From an uncultured archaeon (GTDB lineage: Archaea > Asgardarchaeota > Lokiarchaeia > Sigyniarchaeales > SOKP01), in the NCBI GenBank assembly GCA_964388035.1, contig CAYLZE010000063.1, forward strand, positions 1 through 30,097: DNA of 30,097 nt. The letters run 5' to 3'. Each line of letters opens with the position of its first letter. Position 1 is the first letter of the stretch. A model generated the notes under the pieces. That model was not told the origin of the DNA, made no database searches, and saw only the letters and a program-made list of their open reading frames with translations. The position numbers and the translations under genes were made by a program. Shown here piece after piece: positions 26,583 through 30,097 of this stretch.

Positions 26583-27752
26583 ATGACTGAGCTAGAAGAT
26601 GAATTATTACTTCAAAAGTGGCAAAATATTGTAAACATTTTAGCAAAAATGAGTAAGGTGCCCGTAGCTTTGATAATGCGAGTAAGATTACCATACATTG
26701 AAGTATTTCGTTCCAGTGAAACCCAAAATAATCCATATTCTGCGGGTGACAAGGAGCACCTTGTTGGGTCAGGGTTATATTGCGAGCGCGTGATTAATAC
26801 TAAAGCTAAACTACGGGTTAAAAATGCACTTAAAGAAGAGGATTGGAAAGGTAATCCCGATGTAAAGCTGGGGTTGATCTCCTATTTGGGATTTCCCATT
26901 AAATTACCAAATGGAGAAATATTCGGTACGTTATGTATCTTGGATAGGAAAGAGAATACATTTTCTGACGATACTGAAAAATTAATGCTACAATTTATAG
27001 ATTTAATTGAATCTCACTTGGACCTTATTTATAAAAATCAGCAACTCGATATAACTGCAGAACATGAAAAATTTTATAGAGACCTCGTAACTCATGACAT
27101 AAATAATATCTTACAAGGATGTTATTCTAGTGTTGAATTATTAAAAGAGCTTTTAAATACAATCTCATTAAACAAAAGGATTAGAGAGATAATTGATTTG
27201 CTCGAAACACAATTTATTAAAGCAAACCTTTTGGTAAGTAAATCGAGGGCAATATCTTTATTGAAAAATAAGGAGTCAAAAATTGAGTCAATCGAATTTT
27301 GTGGGCTTTTGGATGAATCGATTAAGGAAATCTCAAACCTTTATTATTTAAAAGATATTGAGATTAATATTTCTTCTAAAATAGAAAAGATACATGTAAA
27401 AGCTAATAAATTAGTAAAAAACGTGATTGATAATATTTTAATAAACGCGATTAAACATAATCGGCAACCTAAAGTCATAATTGACATCAATTGCGAAATT
27501 GTGGAAAGTGATAATGGCAATAACTTCTTGGCTGCCTTTATTGATAATGGAATTGGAATCGCGGACGATAGAAAAAAAATAATATTTGCGGGAGGGGACC
27601 CTTCATCCATAGAGGGAAAAGGGTTAGGTATAGGACTACATTTAGTTGGTAAAATAATTGAATTATATAATGGAGAAATTTGGGTTGAAGATAAAATAAA
27701 AGGAAATCCTTCCATGGGAAGTAAATTTATTTTCTCACTTCCAATCGCTTGA
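26583..27752 (+). CDS. GAF-domain sensor histidine kinase (cytoplasmic)
   Basis: GAF (GLYCE...SYLGFPI...FGTLCILD), H-box THDINN, N-box NILINAIKH, G1 DNGIGI and G2 GLGIGL. Confidence 0.93.
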   Translation: MTELEDELLLQKWQNIVNILAKMSKVPVALIMRVRLPYIEVFRSSETQNNPYSAGDKEHLVGSGLYCERVINTKAKLRVKNALKEEDWKGNPDVKLGLISYLGFPIKLPNGEIFGTLCILDRKENTFSDDTEKLMLQFIDLIESHLDLIYKNQQLDITAEHEKFYRDLVTHDINNILQGCYSSVELLKELLNTISLNKRIREIIDLLETQFIKANLLVSKSRAISLLKNKESKIESIEFCGLLDESIKEISNLYYLKDIEINISSKIEKIHVKANKLVKNVIDNILINAIKHNRQPKVIIDINCEIVESDNGNNFLAAFIDNGIGIADDRKKIIFAGGDPSSIEGKGLGIGLHLVGKIIELYNGEIWVEDKIKGNPSMGSKFIFSLPIA

Positions 27753-28146
27753 ATGGGATGTGTACCCAATAAAGTAAAAGATTACGAATTCATACTTGTT
27801 ATAGGAATTTTGCTTCAAATTATACCTGCTTCATGTTTAGGGGAACTAATTCTTCAAGAAAAAAACTAAAAGCTCCAGATGCAACAGGTTTAAAAAGAAA
27901 AAATTATCAACCATTTATTTATATACCTTCTCTCCTTTTTCTCTCGCATTCATTGGGTTATATATCATGGAAAGAGTGATAATTAGAAAATGCTAATTTC
28001 CTTAAATATAGATTTAATTGATATTGAACTTGGAAGAGGAAAAGAAAAAGATTTTTGCTATAAAGTGAAAAATTAACGAAAGATTTATAAATTTGGATAT
28101 CTATTCAAAAAACGAGAAGATTAAAATTTACAAAGGAGAGATAAAA

Positions 28147-28776
28147 ATGTCCGACAATTTAAAGGATCTAATCGTTGACTTAAATGAAGTAGATGCCATC
28201 GAGCTCGTTAAGAATAAGATTAAAAATGGAGAGGATCCATTGAAGATCTTAGTGGAGGTTAGAGAAGCTATGGCCATAGTAGGGCAAAAGTATGAAGAAG
28301 GCGAATTTTTTTTACCAGATTTAATGATGTCGGGTGAAATATTATCACAGATTTCTGAATTATTAGAACCGGAACTTAAATCAAGTGACAAAATTGAAAT
28401 TAAAGGTGAAGTCATTTTAGGAACAGTATCAGGCGATATTCATGACATTGGTAAAGACATTGTTAAATTCATGTTGGAAGCAAACGGATTTAAAGTATAC
28501 GATCTAGGCGTAAACGTACCAAAAGAAAAATTTATAGAAGCTATTAAGAAAGAGAAGGTAAAAATAGTTGGTCTTAGCGGATTTTTAACGTTAGCATTTG
28601 ACGCGATGAAAGATACCATTGAATCCATTAAAAAGGAAGGATTGAGGGACCAAGTAAAAATCATGATAGGAGGCGGTCAGATAGACGACACATTAAAAGA
28701 TTACGTGGGTGCGGATGCATATGGAAAGGATGCCGTTAAGGCGGTTGAATTAGCTAAAGAATGGAGTCAAACTTAA
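28147..28776 (+). CDS. Methyltransferase-system corrinoid protein (MtaC/MtoC-like)
   Basis: GEFFLPDLMMSG cap, GTVSGDIHDIGKDIV (DxHxxG), GLSGFL and MIGGG. ATG 28147 follows GGAGAG. Confidence 0.95.
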   Translation: MSDNLKDLIVDLNEVDAIELVKNKIKNGEDPLKILVEVREAMAIVGQKYEEGEFFLPDLMMSGEILSQISELLEPELKSSDKIEIKGEVILGTVSGDIHDIGKDIVKFMLEANGFKVYDLGVNVPKEKFIEAIKKEKVKIVGLSGFLTLAFDAMKDTIESIKKEGLRDQVKIMIGGGQIDDTLKDYVGADAYGKDAVKAVELAKEWSQT

Positions 28777-28792
28777 AGGAGGTAGATAAAAG

Positions 28793-30097
28793 ATGGAAGA
28801 TAATTTAAGCATGAAGCAAGAAAAAATGTTTGAAAGATGGCTTAGTGCACAAGGAATCGATTTTGTTAATTCAGAAGCAGAAAAATCATACAAAGAGAGA
28901 ATAACACGCATTAGAGATGCCGTTCAATTAAAGAAAAAACCGGATAGGATCCCAATCGTTCTAATGATGGGATTCTTTCCCGCCTATTATTATGGAATCA
29001 CTCCTCGAGAGTCGATGTATGATTACGATAAGTTAATGGAAGCATGGAAGAAATATGTTCTAGATTTTAAACCAGATGCACATATCGGTGCTTTTGTTCC
29101 TGGACCTGGAAAGGTGTTTGACATATTAGATTATAAACTATATGCTTGGCCGGGTCATGGCGTTTCTGAGGATCATTCATATCAATGCCTTGAAAAAGAA
29201 TATGTAAAAAGAGAGGAATATGATGAGTTCATTCGGGATCCGACCCAATTCTTTAGAACAAAATATTTACCAAGAATCTTTGGTTCGTTAGGACCCTTTC
29301 AACAATTAGCTCCTCTCACAAATATCGTAGAACTTCCTTTTACGGGAGGAAATTTACTTCCGTATGGACTTCCTGATGTACAAGAGGCCATGAAGAAACT
29401 TCTTGAAGCGGGTAATGAAGCATTAAAATGGGTAATGGTTCTTCAAGAATATGATAAAGAAATGGCAATCCATGGTTTTCCAGACTTTTTTGGGGGTGCA
29501 ACTAAAGCTCCTTTTGACACTATTGGGGATACCTTACGAGGAACAAGAGGAGTCATGACTGATATCTATCGCCAACCAGATAAGCTTCTGGAAGCCTTAG
29601 AAAGATTAGTACCCTTAATGATTAAAATGGGAGTGGACCAAGCCAAAATGGTGGGAAATCCAATAATATTTATTCCTTTACATAAAGGTGCTGATGGATT
29701 TCTTTCAGATGAGCAGTTCAAAAAATTCTATTGGCCGAGTTTTAGAAAAGTTTTAATGGGATTGGTGGAAGAAGGATGCGTTCCTTTTTCATATGTTGAA
29801 GGTGGATACAATACAAGATTAGAAGTTATTAAAGACATGCCTAAGGGAACCGTAATTTGGTCCTTTGATCAAACCGATATGGTTCAAGCGAAAAAAATTC
29901 TCGGAGATACTGCTTGCATTGGAGGAAACATGCCCACTACCATTTTGAAGATTCAAACACCCAAGGAAGTGAATGAATATGCGAAAAAACTCATAGAAAC
30001 TGCTGGTAAAGGAGGCGGGTACATGATGGTCAATGGTGCGGTACTCGATGATGTTAAGCCAGAAAATGTAAAAGCTATGATCGATTTCACTAAAGAA
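28793..30097 (+). CDS. Large URO-D-fold methyltransferase (substrate:corrinoid, MtoB/MtvB-like), 3'-truncated by window edge; missing from the ORF track
   Basis: AGGAGGT then ATG 28793, with the frame open to the end of the window (435 codons): PDRIP, WPGHG, APFDTIGDTLRG, IPLHKGADGFLSDEQFKKFYWP, CIGGNMP, GGGYM and KPENVKAM. Confidence 0.9.
   Translation, partial: MEDNLSMKQEKMFERWLSAQGIDFVNSEAEKSYKERITRIRDAVQLKKKPDRIPIVLMMGFFPAYYYGITPRESMYDYDKLMEAWKKYVLDFKPDAHIGAFVPGPGKVFDILDYKLYAWPGHGVSEDHSYQCLEKEYVKREEYDEFIRDPTQFFRTKYLPRIFGSLGPFQQLAPLTNIVELPFTGGNLLPYGLPDVQEAMKKLLEAGNEALKWVMVLQEYDKEMAIHGFPDFFGGATKAPFDTIGDTLRGTRGVMTDIYRQPDKLLEALERLVPLMIKMGVDQAKMVGNPIIFIPLHKGADGFLSDEQFKKFYWPSFRKVLMGLVEEGCVPFSYVEGGYNTRLEVIKDMPKGTVIWSFDQTDMVQAKKILGDTACIGGNMPTTILKIQTPKEVNEYAKKLIETAGKGGGYMMVNGAVLDDVKPENVKAMIDFTKE

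Noticed and set aside
27753-27869. 38-aa ORF (MGCVPNK...) abutting the kinase stop
   Set aside because: No RBS or family motif, so it is probably incidental.
1087-28664. Numerous short antisense or nested ORFs in the track (e.g. 1087..1422, 8273..8488, 14033..14272, 23841..24071, 27344..27769)
   Set aside because: They are shadows of well-supported genes and carry no motifs of their own.
1-30097. CRISPR array, tRNA/rRNA, transposase/integrase, selenoprotein with SECIS
   Set aside because: No regularly spaced repeats, GC-rich structural RNA segments, recombinase motifs or homology-supported in-frame TGA were seen by eye. A covariance-model search was not possible.

Overview
AT-rich, gene-dense archaeal window, most likely from an Asgard archaeon (Lokiarchaeia/Promethearchaeia). 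This is an inference from GGTGA/GGAGG ribosome-binding sites, oligo-T terminators, a CPxC...CxxH zinc-ribbon protein, an MKIITINLP-type RHH protein and a 7TM membrane protein. Most genes serve anaerobic heterotrophy: two intact ABC systems and one decayed one, two MFS transporters, a ferredoxin-nitroreductase, two alpha/beta hydrolases, an MBL hydrolase, a glycyl radical enzyme with a divergent flavin split-barrel neighbour, a Zn-dehydrogenase/Fe-S operon, PhnN, a DtxR regulator, a GAF histidine kinase and a corrinoid protein plus URO-D-fold methyltransferase pair. The stand-out observation is in lsrF. Its true start is at 5620, and it is split inside its conserved DHG|YF motif by a 30-nt insertion (5704-5733) that carries an in-frame stop. 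This insertion folds into a canonical bulge-helix-bulge (BHB) motif, and the predicted cut sites restore DHGYFG exactly. It is therefore a candidate tRNA-endonuclease-spliced mRNA intron in a metabolic gene. No rRNA, tRNA, CRISPR array or intact mobile element was recognised.
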